From NCBI GenBank assembly GCA_029883975.1, contig JAOUIL010000004.1:7812-71811 (forward strand): a DNA stretch of 64,000 nucleotides. Reading direction: 5' to 3'. Origin of the DNA: Betaproteobacteria bacterium (GTDB lineage: Bacteria > Pseudomonadota > Gammaproteobacteria > Burkholderiales > SG8-39). Position numbers and translations under genes: made by a program. Below the pieces are notes generated by a model. That model was not told the origin of the DNA and made no database searches. It saw nothing but the letters and a program-made list of their open reading frames with translations. Shown piece after piece: positions 27,734 to 37,296 of this stretch; the first letter of the stretch is position 1; every line of letters begins with the position of its first letter.

Positions 27734-28870
27734 CTAGCCGCTCGCGCGCGGCTTGTCGCCCGCCCAGCGCGCCGCCGACTCGCGCACCGTGTGCGCGAGC
27801 GACTTGTTGGCGGCGAAGCGCTCGCGCAGCCAGTCGGCGTCCGAGTACGCGCTGCGCACGTCCGCGGCGAGCGCCGCGAGCGCATCGGCGCCACCCAGCG
27901 CCGCCGCCTGCGGCATGACCCCGGCGATCGCGTCGAGGACGTCGTCGGCCAGCGGGCGTTTCTTCTCCGCGAAGGGATCGATGATCTGCCCGCGCAGGCC
28001 GAAGCGCGCCGCCTCGAAGCGGTTGAAGGCGTTCACCAGGTACACGGCGCGCTTCGCCGGCTGCGGCCGCTCGTCGAGCAGCCACCGGGCGAGCGCCTGC
28101 GCGTAGGCGGCGAGCGCGGCCGCCCGCCCCACCGTGAGCGGCGTATCGCACACCCGGATCTCGATCGTGCCGTACTCGGGCTTGGGCCGGATGTCCCAAT
28201 AGAAGTCCTTCATGCTCTCCACGACGCCGAAGGCGCGCATGCGCTCGTAGTACTCGAGGAACTCCGCCCAGTCCTTGACGAAGGGCATGTGCCCGGCGAG
28301 CGGGAAGGCGTTTACCGCCGTGAGCCGCGAGGACTGGAACGAAGTGTCCTCCCCCTGGTAGAACGGCGAGGCGGCCGACAGCGCGATGAAATGCGGCACG
28401 TAACGCGTCATCATGTGCACCAGGTACACGGCGTCGTCCCCGCTCGGGCAGCCGACATGGATGTGCTGGCCGAACACCGTGAACTGCTTGGCCAGGTAGC
28501 CGTAGCGCTCGAGGATGTGCTTGAAGCGCTCGGTGGGGAAGATGCGCCGCGCGCTCCAGCTGTGGAACGGGTGCGCGCCGCCGCCGCACACGCGCAGGTT
28601 CAGCATGCCGGCCTCTTTCACCACGGCGTCGCGCGTGGCCTCGAGCTCCGCGGCCAGCGCGGCGTGGCGCCGGTGCACCGAGGTGTTCAGCTCGATCATG
28701 CTCTCGGTGATCTCGGGCTTCACGGCGCCGGCGAGCGGCACCTTCTCCAGGCGCGCCAGCAGCTCGGCCGCGTCGCGCGCCAGGTCGTAGTCGTGCGACT
28801 GCACGAGCTGCAGCTCGAGCTCGACGCCGATCGTCAGCTCGGGGGAAGGCGTGAAATCCATCTCGGCCAT
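27734..28870 (-). CDS. ybdK: carboxylate-amine ligase, glutamate-cysteine ligase family 2 (YbdK-like)
   Basis: 378 aa with the N-terminal TIGVELELQLV motif and GCS2-like sequence throughout. Confidence 0.92.
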   Translation of the reverse strand: MAEMDFTPSPELTIGVELELQLVQSHDYDLARDAAELLARLEKVPLAGAVKPEITESMIELNTSVHRRHAALAAELEATRDAVVKEAGMLNLRVCGGGAHPFHSWSARRIFPTERFKHILERYGYLAKQFTVFGQHIHVGCPSGDDAVYLVHMMTRYVPHFIALSAASPFYQGEDTSFQSSRLTAVNAFPLAGHMPFVKDWAEFLEYYERMRAFGVVESMKDFYWDIRPKPEYGTIEIRVCDTPLTVGRAAALAAYAQALARWLLDERPQPAKRAVYLVNAFNRFEAARFGLRGQIIDPFAEKKRPLADDVLDAIAGVMPQAAALGGADALAALAADVRSAYSDADWLRERFAANKSLAHTVRESAARWAGDKPRASG

Positions 28871-28880
28871 GGCGCGGGGC

Positions 28881-30092
28881 TCAGGCGCTGCCGGCCGCCG
28901 GGTCGGCTTCGCCCGCGCGCCGGAGCGCGATCTGCGTCGCCACCGGGCCGAGGATCTCGAGCAGCGCCACCGCCGACAGCACCACCGCGGCCAGCTCGCC
29001 GCCGAAGGCCGGGTACATGGCGGCAGTGTCGAGCACCATCACCACCGCGAGGCCCGACATCGGCATCAGCGCGAGCGTCAGCAGCCCGGCGCTCGCCGGC
29101 CGCACGCCCGACAGCCGCCCGAGCGCCACCAGCGCCAGGCCCTTGCCGACGAAGCGCGCGACGATGAAGGCGAGCACGGCGCCGGCCACCGCCGGCAGCG
29201 CGCCGAACTCGAGGCTCGCGCCCGTGAGCACGAACAGGATCACGAAGAACAGCTGCCCGCCGTAGCCGAAGCGCAGCGGCAGCAGCACGTGCTCGTAGTC
29301 GAAGTTGCGCGCCAGCATGCCCAGCGTGATCAGCGTCACCACCACCGAAAGGTTGAGGCTGCGCGCGGCGCCCACCGCCAGCACCACCAGCGCAACCAGC
29401 AGGATGAACTGCCGGTCCTCGCGCTTGCGCACCCAGCCGGCGAGCCATAGCAGCGTGAGGCTCGCCACGAAGCCGAGCAGCGCCGAGCCGGCGAGGATGT
29501 ACAGCGGGTGCAGCACCGCCGCGCGCCAGCTTGTGGCGTGCTCCAGGTGCAGGAACGGCAGCAGCAGCGTCAGCGCCAGGTAGGCCACCACGCAGTTCAC
29601 CGCCGTGAACAGCAGCATGCGCTCGGTGACCTGGCCGGCGGCGCGCAGCTCGTGCGCCACCAGCAGCACCACCGCGGGCGAGGTCGCGGTGCCGATGGCC
29701 GCCGCGGTGGCGGCGAGCAGCGGCTGGAAGCCGAACGCGAGCAGCGCGGCGAACACGCAGGCGAAGCACAGCACGCTCTCGGCGATCGCCGCCGCGAACA
29801 GCCAGCGGTTGCGCCGCAGCCACTGGAAGTCCAGGCGATGCCCCAGCTCGAACACGATCAGGCCGAGCGACAGGTCGATCAGCACGCGCGCCTCGAGCAG
29901 CGCGCCCGGGGCCAGGAATCCCGAGACCTGGGGCCCGAGCAGCACGCCGGCGAGCACGTAGCCGGTGATGCGCGGCAATCCCAGCGTGCGCCGCACCACC
30001 TCGCCACCGAGCAGTCCGGCGAGCAGCAGCGCGCCAAAGAGCGCCGGCTGGCCGAAGGCCGGCGGCAGGCTGGGCAGGAAGCCGAGCTCCAT
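28881..30092 (-). CDS. CPA2-type cation:proton antiporter, membrane domain only (no KTN/RCK domain)
   Basis: 403 aa and polytopic, with a Na_H_exchanger-like N-terminus (LPRITGYVLAGVLLGPQVSGF). Confidence 0.9.
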   Translation of the reverse strand: MELGFLPSLPPAFGQPALFGALLLAGLLGGEVVRRTLGLPRITGYVLAGVLLGPQVSGFLAPGALLEARVLIDLSLGLIVFELGHRLDFQWLRRNRWLFAAAIAESVLCFACVFAALLAFGFQPLLAATAAAIGTATSPAVVLLVAHELRAAGQVTERMLLFTAVNCVVAYLALTLLLPFLHLEHATSWRAAVLHPLYILAGSALLGFVASLTLLWLAGWVRKREDRQFILLVALVVLAVGAARSLNLSVVVTLITLGMLARNFDYEHVLLPLRFGYGGQLFFVILFVLTGASLEFGALPAVAGAVLAFIVARFVGKGLALVALGRLSGVRPASAGLLTLALMPMSGLAVVMVLDTAAMYPAFGGELAAVVLSAVALLEILGPVATQIALRRAGEADPAAGSA

Positions 30093-30096
30093 GGGC

Positions 30097-30933
30097 TCAG
30101 GCCGCGCGCTCGGCGGCGCGCAGGAACTCGTCGAGCAGGGGCGCGCTGTCCAGCAGCCCGGTGTCGCCCGGCACGTGGAACTCGGGGTGCCACTGCACGC
30201 CCAGCACGAAGCCCTTGCCGGTGCCGCGGATCGCCTCGATCACCTGGTCGGAAGCCGACCAGGCTTCGACCGACAGGTGCTGGCCGAGCGTCTTCACCGA
30301 CTGGTGATGGATCGACGTGACGAGCGCGCGCTCGGTGCCCTGGTACAGCCGCGCCAGCCAGCCGTCCGGCTCGAAACGCAGCTCGTGACGATGCTTCTCG
30401 TAGTCGTCGGTGACGTGGCGCTTCGCCTGCGGCACCTGGCGCACGATGTCCTGGTAGAGCGTGCCGCCGTAGGCGACGTTGATGAGCTGCGCGCCGCGGC
30501 AGATGCCGAGCACGGGCTTGCCCGCCTCGATGAAGGAATGCAGCAGCTCGATCTCGTACTCATCGCGCAGGCGGTCCCCGACCCACTCGCGCGCCAGCGG
30601 CTCCTCGCCGTAGGTGAGCGGGCAGACGTCGGCGCCGCCCTGCAGCATCAGGCCGTCGAGGTGGCGCGCATAGTCGGCGAGCCGTACCTCGCTGCGGTGG
30701 AGCAGCCCGCCGGTGTCCACCGTGGGCACCATCAGCACGAGCACGTTGCGCGACATCAGCCAGTGCGCCGCCGTCTGCTCGAGGTACTGCAGGGTCTTGG
30801 ACTGCAGGCCCTTCGAGCCAGGCTGCGGATGGAGGATGCGCGCCGACACGCCGATCTTCAGCGTCGGCGCGCTCATGCGCCGCCCGAGGCGGTCGGTCAG
30901 GGATCGAAGGCGGTCGGCCAGCGAGCGCTGCAA
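30097..30933 (-). CDS. class I glutamine amidotransferase-like, peptidase C26 (gamma-glutamyl-GABA hydrolase PuuD-like)
   Basis: 278 aa from TTG 30933 (SD GGAGA 5 nt upstream). The nucleophile elbow is LGICRGAQLIN and the His region is GVQWHPEF. Confidence 0.88.
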   Translation of the reverse strand: MQRSLADRLRSLTDRLGRRMSAPTLKIGVSARILHPQPGSKGLQSKTLQYLEQTAAHWLMSRNVLVLMVPTVDTGGLLHRSEVRLADYARHLDGLMLQGGADVCPLTYGEEPLAREWVGDRLRDEYEIELLHSFIEAGKPVLGICRGAQLINVAYGGTLYQDIVRQVPQAKRHVTDDYEKHRHELRFEPDGWLARLYQGTERALVTSIHHQSVKTLGQHLSVEAWSASDQVIEAIRGTGKGFVLGVQWHPEFHVPGDTGLLDSAPLLDEFLRAAERAA

Positions 30934-30991
30934 GTTGGTCTCCGCAGGAACGTACTTGCGCTCCGACCGCAGGGCGCGGCCGGAGTTTCTC

Positions 30992-32404
30992 TCAGGCCTT
31001 CAGCGCGGCGAGCACCTCGTCCAGCATCTTCTTCGCGTCGCCGAACAGCATACGGTTATTTTCCTTGTAGAAGAGCGGGTTGTCCACGCCGGCATAGCCC
31101 GAGGCCATGCTGCGCTTCATGACGATCGAGGTTTTCGCCTTCCACACTTGCAGCACCGGCATGCCGGCGATCGGGCTCGCCGGATCTTCCTGCGCCGACG
31201 GGTTCACGATGTCGTTGGCGCCGATCACCATCGACACGTCGGTGCCGGGGAAGTCCTCGTTCAGCTCGTCCATCTCCAGCACGATGTCGTAGGGCACCTT
31301 GGCTTCCGCGAGCAGCACGTTCATGTGTCCCGGCATGCGCCCCGCCACCGGGTGGATGCCGAAGCGCACGTTGACGCCCTTGTCGCGCAGCAGCTTCGTG
31401 ATCTCGTAGACGGTGTGCTGCGCCTGCGCGACCGCCATGCCGTAGCCGGGCACGATGATCACGTTCTTCGCCTCGCGCAGCAGCTCGGCGGTCTCGGCGG
31501 CGCCGATCGGCGAGACGTCGCCCGCAGGGGCCGCACCGGGGGCGGCGGGTTTGCCGCCTTCGGTCCCGAACCCGCCGGCGATCACCGCGAGGAAGCGGCG
31601 GTTCATGGCGCGGCACATGATGTAGGACAGGATCGCGCCCGACGAGCCCACCAGCGCGCCGGTAACGATCAGCAGGTCGTTCGACAGCATGAAGCCGGTG
31701 GCCGCGGCCGCCCAGCCCGAGTAGCTGTTCAGCATCGAGACCACCACCGGCATGTCGGCGCCGCCGATCGCCATCACCATGTGGATGCCGAACAGCAGCG
31801 CGATCACCGTCATCACGGCGAGCGGCAGCATGCCCTCCGGGATCGAGTGCGCCTGGATGAAGCGCCAGCCGAACCAGAGCACCACCACGAGGCCGGCGAG
31901 GTTGAGCCAGTGGCGCCCGGGCAGCAACATCGGCTTGCCGCTGATCCTCGCCGAAAGCTTGCCGAACGCGATCACCGATCCGGAGAAGGTGACCGCGCCG
32001 ATCAGGATGCCGAGGTAGATCTCGACCTCGTGGATCGTCTTCTCCGCGCCCTGGAACTCCGCCGAAGCCGCCGGATCGATGTAGTTGGCGAAGCCGACCA
32101 GCACTGCCGCGAGGCCCACCAGGCTGTGCATCAGCGCCACCAGCTCGGGCATCTGCGTCATCTTCACGATGCGCGCGGCGTACAGCCCGATCGAGCCGCC
32201 GATGACCATCGCCGCAATGATCCAGGCGTAGCCCGCCGGCGTGACGCGCGGCCCGAAGACCGTGGCCAGCACCGCAATCGCCATGCCGATGATGCCGTAG
32301 AGATTCCCGCGCCGGGAGGTCTCCGGGTTCGAAAGCCCCCCGAGGCTGAGGATGAACAGGATGGTCGCGCCGATGTAGGAGGCGGTCGCCAGCGTTGCGG
32401 ACAT
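30992..32404 (-). CDS. pntB: NAD(P) transhydrogenase subunit beta
   Basis: 470 aa with a conserved membrane domain and a C-terminal NADP(H)-binding dIII domain ([12 protein letters not shown] ... [18 protein letters not shown]). Confidence 0.96.
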   Translation of the reverse strand: MSATLATASYIGATILFILSLGGLSNPETSRRGNLYGIIGMAIAVLATVFGPRVTPAGYAWIIAAMVIGGSIGLYAARIVKMTQMPELVALMHSLVGLAAVLVGFANYIDPAASAEFQGAEKTIHEVEIYLGILIGAVTFSGSVIAFGKLSARISGKPMLLPGRHWLNLAGLVVVLWFGWRFIQAHSIPEGMLPLAVMTVIALLFGIHMVMAIGGADMPVVVSMLNSYSGWAAAATGFMLSNDLLIVTGALVGSSGAILSYIMCRAMNRRFLAVIAGGFGTEGGKPAAPGAAPAGDVSPIGAAETAELLREAKNVIIVPGYGMAVAQAQHTVYEITKLLRDKGVNVRFGIHPVAGRMPGHMNVLLAEAKVPYDIVLEMDELNEDFPGTDVSMVIGANDIVNPSAQEDPASPIAGMPVLQVWKAKTSIVMKRSMASGYAGVDNPLFYKENNRMLFGDAKKMLDEVLAALKA

Positions 32405-32413
32405 GGCGCCTCC

Positions 32414-34009
32414 CTATTTCCGGAACATGTGCAGCATGCGCCGCGTCACCGCGAAGCCGCCGAACATGTTGATGGCGGTGAGGCCGATGGCCACGACCGC
32501 GAGCCACTGGATCCACGCTTCCGGCCTGCCCGCGCCGGCGCCCGCCGCGAGCGGCGGCGCGATCTGGATCAGCGCGCCGATGGCGATGATGCTGCTGATG
32601 GCGTTGGTCACGCTCATCAGCGGCGTGTGCAGCGCGGGCGTCACGTTCCACACCACCATGTAGCCCACGAAGCAGGCGAGCACGAACACGGTGAAGTGGT
32701 TGAGGAAGCTCGCCGGCGCGTAGGCGCCGACGAACCAGAAGGCGAGCGCGCCGACGAGAAACACGATCGCCGTGGCCCGGGCGGGCATCGGCGCCGCCGA
32801 GGCGCCGTGGCCGTGGCCCTTGGGCGCCGGGGGCGCGGCCGCCGGCTTGGCCGCCGCGGCGGGCGGGGCTGGCAGCTTGAGGGGCGGCGGCGGCCAGGTG
32901 ACGCTGCCCTCCTTGATGACCGTCAGGCCGCGGATAGCGTCGTCGTCCATGTTGACGTCGATCACGCCGTCCTTCTTCTTGCACAGCTCCTCGGTCAGGC
33001 GGAACAGATTGGTCGCATACAGCGTCGAGGCCTGCTTCGCGAGCCGGCTGGGCAGGTCCGTGTAGCCGATGATCGTGACGCCGTGCTTGACCACGGCCGT
33101 GCCAGGCTCGGTCAGCTCGCAGTTGCCGCCCTGCTCCGCGGCCATGTCGACGATCACGCTGCCCGGCTTCATGCTCTTCACCATGTCGGCCGTGATCAGC
33201 CGCGGCGCGGGCTTCCCCGGGATCAGCGCGGTGGTGATGATGACGTCCACCTCCCTCGCCTGCTTCGCGTACATCTCGCGCTGGGCCTGCTGGAAGCCTT
33301 CGCTCATCACCCTGGCGTAGCCGCCCCCGCCGGAGCCCTCTTCTTCGTATTCCACCTTCACGAACTCGCCGCCCAGCGACACCACCTGGTCGGCCACTTC
33401 GGCGCGGGTGTCGTTGGCGCGCACGATGGCGCCGAGGCCCACGGCGGTGCCGATCGCGGCGAGTCCCGCCACGCCGGCGCCGGCGATGAAGACCTTGGCC
33501 GGGGGGATCTTTCCGGCGGCGGTCACCTGGCCGTTGAAGAAACGGCCGAAGGCGTTGGCGGCCTCGATGACGGCGCGGTAGCCGGAGATGCTGGCCATGG
33601 AGGTCAGCGCGTCCATCTTCTGGGCGCGGCTCAGCATGCGGGGCAGCGCGTCGATCGCCAGCACGGTGGCCTTGCGCGCCGCGAGCTGCTGCATCAGCTC
33701 GGGGTTCTGCGCCGGCCAGAGGAATGAGATCAGCGTCTGGCCCTCACGCATCCGCCCGACCTCTTCAGGAGTGGGCGCACGCACCTTGAAGACGATGTCG
33801 GCCGCGGACCAGAGGGCATCGGCGTCCGACGCGATCTCCGCGCCTGCCGCCTGGTAGGACGGATCGTCGAAATTCGCCGCCTCGCCCGCGCCCGATTGCA
33901 CTGCAACCTTGAAGCCGAGCTTGACGAGCTTCTCGACGACCTCGGGCACGGTCGCCACGCGCTTTTCGCCCGCCGCGGTCTCGCGCGGCACGCCGATCAC
34001 CTGAGCCAT
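32414..34009 (-). CDS. pntA: NAD(P) transhydrogenase subunit alpha (full length, dI plus membrane segment)
   Basis: 531 aa from ATG 34009 (SD GAGGGG). N-terminus is [20 protein letters not shown] Pro/Ala linker is followed by four TM helices. Confidence 0.95.
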   Translation of the reverse strand: MAQVIGVPRETAAGEKRVATVPEVVEKLVKLGFKVAVQSGAGEAANFDDPSYQAAGAEIASDADALWSAADIVFKVRAPTPEEVGRMREGQTLISFLWPAQNPELMQQLAARKATVLAIDALPRMLSRAQKMDALTSMASISGYRAVIEAANAFGRFFNGQVTAAGKIPPAKVFIAGAGVAGLAAIGTAVGLGAIVRANDTRAEVADQVVSLGGEFVKVEYEEEGSGGGGYARVMSEGFQQAQREMYAKQAREVDVIITTALIPGKPAPRLITADMVKSMKPGSVIVDMAAEQGGNCELTEPGTAVVKHGVTIIGYTDLPSRLAKQASTLYATNLFRLTEELCKKKDGVIDVNMDDDAIRGLTVIKEGSVTWPPPPLKLPAPPAAAAKPAAAPPAPKGHGHGASAAPMPARATAIVFLVGALAFWFVGAYAPASFLNHFTVFVLACFVGYMVVWNVTPALHTPLMSVTNAISSIIAIGALIQIAPPLAAGAGAGRPEAWIQWLAVVAIGLTAINMFGGFAVTRRMLHMFRK

Positions 34010-34034
34010 ATCACCCCTCGAACGGAAGCCCGGA

Positions 34035-35519
34035 TCATACCGCGCGCGACGGGCGCATCCAGGCGAAGCGCCGCTCGGCGAACTCGAACGCGGCCTGCAC
34101 CAGCAGGGCCAGCGCCGCCGCCGGAATGGCACCCGCGAGCAGCAGCGCGTTGTCGTTGAGCGCGAGCCCCGAGGCGATGCGCTCGCCGTAGCCGCCCGCA
34201 CCGATGAACGCCGCGATGGTCGCGGTGCCGACGTTGATCACCGCCGAGGTCTTGACGCCGGCGAGGATCGTGGGCAGCGCGAGCGGCAGCTCGATGCGCC
34301 ACAGGCGCGCGCCGCGCGGCAGGGCGAGGGCCAGCGCCGCGTCGCGCATGCCGGCGGCGATGCCGACGAGTCCGGCGTGGGTGTTGCGCACGATCGGCAG
34401 CAGTGCGTACAGGAACAGCGCCAGCAGCGCGGGCCAGGTACCGATCGCGCCGGTCAGCGCGATGAGGAACGCGAACAGCGCGAGCGACGGGATGGTCTGG
34501 ATCACCCCCACCGCGCCGAGCACCGGCTGCTCGGCACGCTTGCGCTTCGCGGCCAGCAGGCCGAGGGGCACGCCGGCGGCGATGCTCGCCGCGAGCGAGG
34601 CGAACACCAGCACCAGGTGCTCGCGCGTCAGCGGCCACAGGTCCGGGCCAAAGAGCACGCCGACAAAGCTGCGCGCGGGCGCGGACGCCGGCGCCGCGCC
34701 GCGGTGCAGGCGCGCGGCCTCGGCGAAGCTGCGTCCCTCCAGCTCCGCGGCGGCGTTCATGCGCTGCATCTCCTCGGCGCCGATGCTGCCCTCCAGCCGC
34801 ACGAGCGAGCGCCAGGCGTGCGGGAAGCGCTGCGGCAGGTCGGCGCGATGCAGCAGCACCGCGTCGTAGTCCGGGAAGAAGCCGCGGTCGTCCTCCAGCA
34901 CGACGATCGCATAGCGCGCGATCTTCGCGTCGGTCGAGTACAGGTCGATGACGTCCACTTCGTCGGCGGCGAGCGCCTCGTAGGCCAGGCCGTGGTCCAG
35001 GCCGCGCGGGCGCTGCGGCAGGCCGTAGGCCGCGCTCAAGCCCGGCCAGCCGTCGCGGCGCGCGAGGAACTCATGACCGAAGCCCAGGCGCAGCTTCGGG
35101 TGGCGCTTGAGGTCGGAGATGCGGCGCAGCTTGCGCTTCTCGGCCACCGGCCGGCGCACGCCGATGGCGTAGGTGTTGTCGAAGCCGAGCGGCACCGAGA
35201 CCGCCAGGCCGAGCGGCGCGAGCTTCGCGTTCAGCGCGCGCAGCGTCGGGCGCGCCTCGCCTTCCAGCAGCTCGCGCGCCAGCGTTCCCGTGTACTCGGG
35301 ATAGACGTCGATCGCGCCCGTGCGCACGGCCTCGTACAGGATCGCGGTGCCGCCCATGCCGGGCCGGAACTCGACCTCGGCCCCCGCCGCGCGCGCCGTC
35401 TGCGCGACCAGCTCGCCGAGGATGTAGGACTCGGTGAAGCGCTTGCTGCCGACTTTCAGCGGCTCGGCCTGCGCCGCCGCGCCGGCCGCGAACGCGAGCA
35501 GCAGGGCCGCCGCCCTCAT
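34035..35519 (-). CDS. fused periplasmic substrate-binding domain (OpuAC/glycine-betaine-type) plus ABC importer permease domain
   Basis: 494 aa from ATG 35519. It has a signal peptide ([18 protein letters not shown]), an SBP domain (DVYPEYTGT ..., [10 protein letters not shown]), then a MetI-like TMD with an EAA-type loop ([25 protein letters not shown]). The ATG overlaps the upstream stop (ATGA). Confidence 0.88.
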   Translation of the reverse strand: MRAAALLLAFAAGAAAQAEPLKVGSKRFTESYILGELVAQTARAAGAEVEFRPGMGGTAILYEAVRTGAIDVYPEYTGTLARELLEGEARPTLRALNAKLAPLGLAVSVPLGFDNTYAIGVRRPVAEKRKLRRISDLKRHPKLRLGFGHEFLARRDGWPGLSAAYGLPQRPRGLDHGLAYEALAADEVDVIDLYSTDAKIARYAIVVLEDDRGFFPDYDAVLLHRADLPQRFPHAWRSLVRLEGSIGAEEMQRMNAAAELEGRSFAEAARLHRGAAPASAPARSFVGVLFGPDLWPLTREHLVLVFASLAASIAAGVPLGLLAAKRKRAEQPVLGAVGVIQTIPSLALFAFLIALTGAIGTWPALLALFLYALLPIVRNTHAGLVGIAAGMRDAALALALPRGARLWRIELPLALPTILAGVKTSAVINVGTATIAAFIGAGGYGERIASGLALNDNALLLAGAIPAAALALLVQAAFEFAERRFAWMRPSRAV

Positions 35520-37282
35520 GCCGCCCGCGCGACGCGCTCCGGCCCGGCGTCGAGGAACTGCAGCTGCGCGAGGCTCGCGTACAGGCCGCCCTGGCGCATC
35601 AGCTCGGCGTGCGTGCCCTGCGCGACGATCGCGCCGCGGTCCATGACCACGATGCGGTCGGCGTGCTGCACCGTGGCGAGGCGATGCGCGATGACCAGCG
35701 TCGTGCGGCCGTGCTCCAGGCGCTCGAGCGCCTGCTGCACCATGCGCTCGCTTTCCGCGTCGAGCGAGCTGGTCGCCTCGTCGAGCAGCAGGATCGGGCG
35801 GTCGGCGAGCAGCGCGCGCGCGATCGACAGGCGCTGGCGCTGCCCGCCGGAGAGCGTCACGCCGCGCTCGCCGAGCGGCGTGTCCAGGCCCTGCGGCAGG
35901 CGCGAGACGAACTCCAGCGCGAAGGCCTGCTCGCAGGCGCGCTCCACCTCGGCGCGGCTCGCCACCGGCCGGCCGTAGCGCACGTTGTCGAAGACGCTTG
36001 CCGCGAAAATCACCGGCTCCTGCGGCACGACCGCCATCAGCGCGCGTGCGGCGCGCGGCTCGAGCTCGCGCAGGTCGATGCCGTCGATGCGCACCGCGCC
36101 CGCCTGCGGGTCGTAGAAGCGCAGCAGCAGCGCGAACACCGTGCTCTTGCCCGCGCCGGAGGGCCCGACCAGCGCGACGCGCTCGCCCGCCCCGATGCGC
36201 AGCGCGAAGCGCTCGAGCGCCGGCGTCACCGCGCGCCCCGCGTAGGAGAACGTGACGGCGTCGAACTCCAGGACGCGCGGCGCGGCGGGCGCGGGCTGCG
36301 GCGCAGCCGGCGCGACGATCTCGGGCCGCGCGTCGAGCAGCTCGAACAGCCGCTCGGTGGCGCCCGCCGCGCGCTGCAGGTCGCCCCACACTTCCGATAT
36401 CGTGCCCGCGCCGACCGCCACGACGCCGGCGTAGAACACGAACGCCGAAAGCTCACCGGCCGTCAGGCGACCGGCGAGCACGTCGTGCCCGCCGACCCAC
36501 AGGATCACGCCGACCGCGCAGAAGGCGATCAGCATGACCGCGGCGATCAGCGCGGCGCGCTGGCCGATGTTGGCGGCGGCGGCGGCGTAGGCGTTCTCCG
36601 CGTGGCGCCCGAACTCCTCCCGGTCGAGGTCCTCGTGGCCGTAGGCCTGCACGGTGCGCACCTCGTGCACCGCCTCGTCGACGTGCGCCGAGACCTCGGC
36701 GATGCGGTCCTGGTTGGCGCGCGAGAGCCGCCGCACGCGGCGGCCGACGACGAGGATCGGCACCAGCGTGGCCGGCACGCCGGCGAGCACCAGCAGCGCG
36801 AGCTTCCAGCTCGTGACGAACAGCATCGCCGCGGCGCCCGTCATCATGAGCAGGTTGCGCACGAACATCGACAGCCCGTAGCCGATCACCTGCTGCACCA
36901 CCGTGGCGTCGGCGGTGAGGCGCGACATCAGCTCGCCGCTGCGCACGCGCTCGAAGAAGCCCGGCGAGAGCCCCAGCAGGTGGTCGAACACTGCGCGGCG
37001 CAGGTCGGTGACCACTCGCTCGCCGGTGCTCATCATCAGATAGAAGCGGAAATAGGTCGCGACCGAGAGCGTCAGCGCCACCGCCACGGCCGCGGCGAGC
37101 GCCCGGTCGAGGAGCTGCGGCTCGCCGCTGCCGAACCCCGCGTCCACCACGGTGCGCAGCCCCTGGCCGAGCGCGAGCACGCCGGCGGCGGCGACGACGA
37201 GCGCGACGAGCGCGGCGGCGATGCGCGCGCGGTACGGCAGCAGGAAGCGCGACAGGCGCGCGAGCGAGCCCATGCGCGCCAC
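35516..37282 (-). CDS. ABC transporter, exporter-type fused TMD-NBD half-transporter (MsbA/ABCB-like)
   Basis: 588 aa with a GTG start. A six-TM exporter domain is followed by an NBD with Walker A GPSGAGKS, signature LSGGQRQR and Walker B ILLLDEATS. Confidence 0.92.
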   Translation of the reverse strand: MARMGSLARLSRFLLPYRARIAAALVALVVAAAGVLALGQGLRTVVDAGFGSGEPQLLDRALAAAVAVALTLSVATYFRFYLMMSTGERVVTDLRRAVFDHLLGLSPGFFERVRSGELMSRLTADATVVQQVIGYGLSMFVRNLLMMTGAAAMLFVTSWKLALLVLAGVPATLVPILVVGRRVRRLSRANQDRIAEVSAHVDEAVHEVRTVQAYGHEDLDREEFGRHAENAYAAAAANIGQRAALIAAVMLIAFCAVGVILWVGGHDVLAGRLTAGELSAFVFYAGVVAVGAGTISEVWGDLQRAAGATERLFELLDARPEIVAPAAPQPAPAAPRVLEFDAVTFSYAGRAVTPALERFALRIGAGERVALVGPSGAGKSTVFALLLRFYDPQAGAVRIDGIDLRELEPRAARALMAVVPQEPVIFAASVFDNVRYGRPVASRAEVERACEQAFALEFVSRLPQGLDTPLGERGVTLSGGQRQRLSIARALLADRPILLLDEATSSLDAESERMVQQALERLEHGRTTLVIAHRLATVQHADRIVVMDRGAIVAQGTHAELMRQGGLYASLAQLQFLDAGPERVARAA

Positions 37283-37296
37283 TCTACCGCAGCGCG

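Noticed and set aside
30713-33727. 1004-aa plus-strand ORF, the longest in the track
   Set aside because: It lies entirely antisense to pntB and pntA, which are unambiguous. Its sequence is an Arg/Gly/Ala/His-rich low-complexity string with no motifs, which is typical of open antisense frames in very GC-rich DNA.
32414-34009. Possibility that pntA is split into separate dI and membrane-segment genes, as in Rhodospirillum
   Set aside because: The frame is continuous from [10 protein letters not shown] through the Pro/Ala linker into the four TM helices, with no stop or restart, so this is an ordinary full-length alpha subunit.
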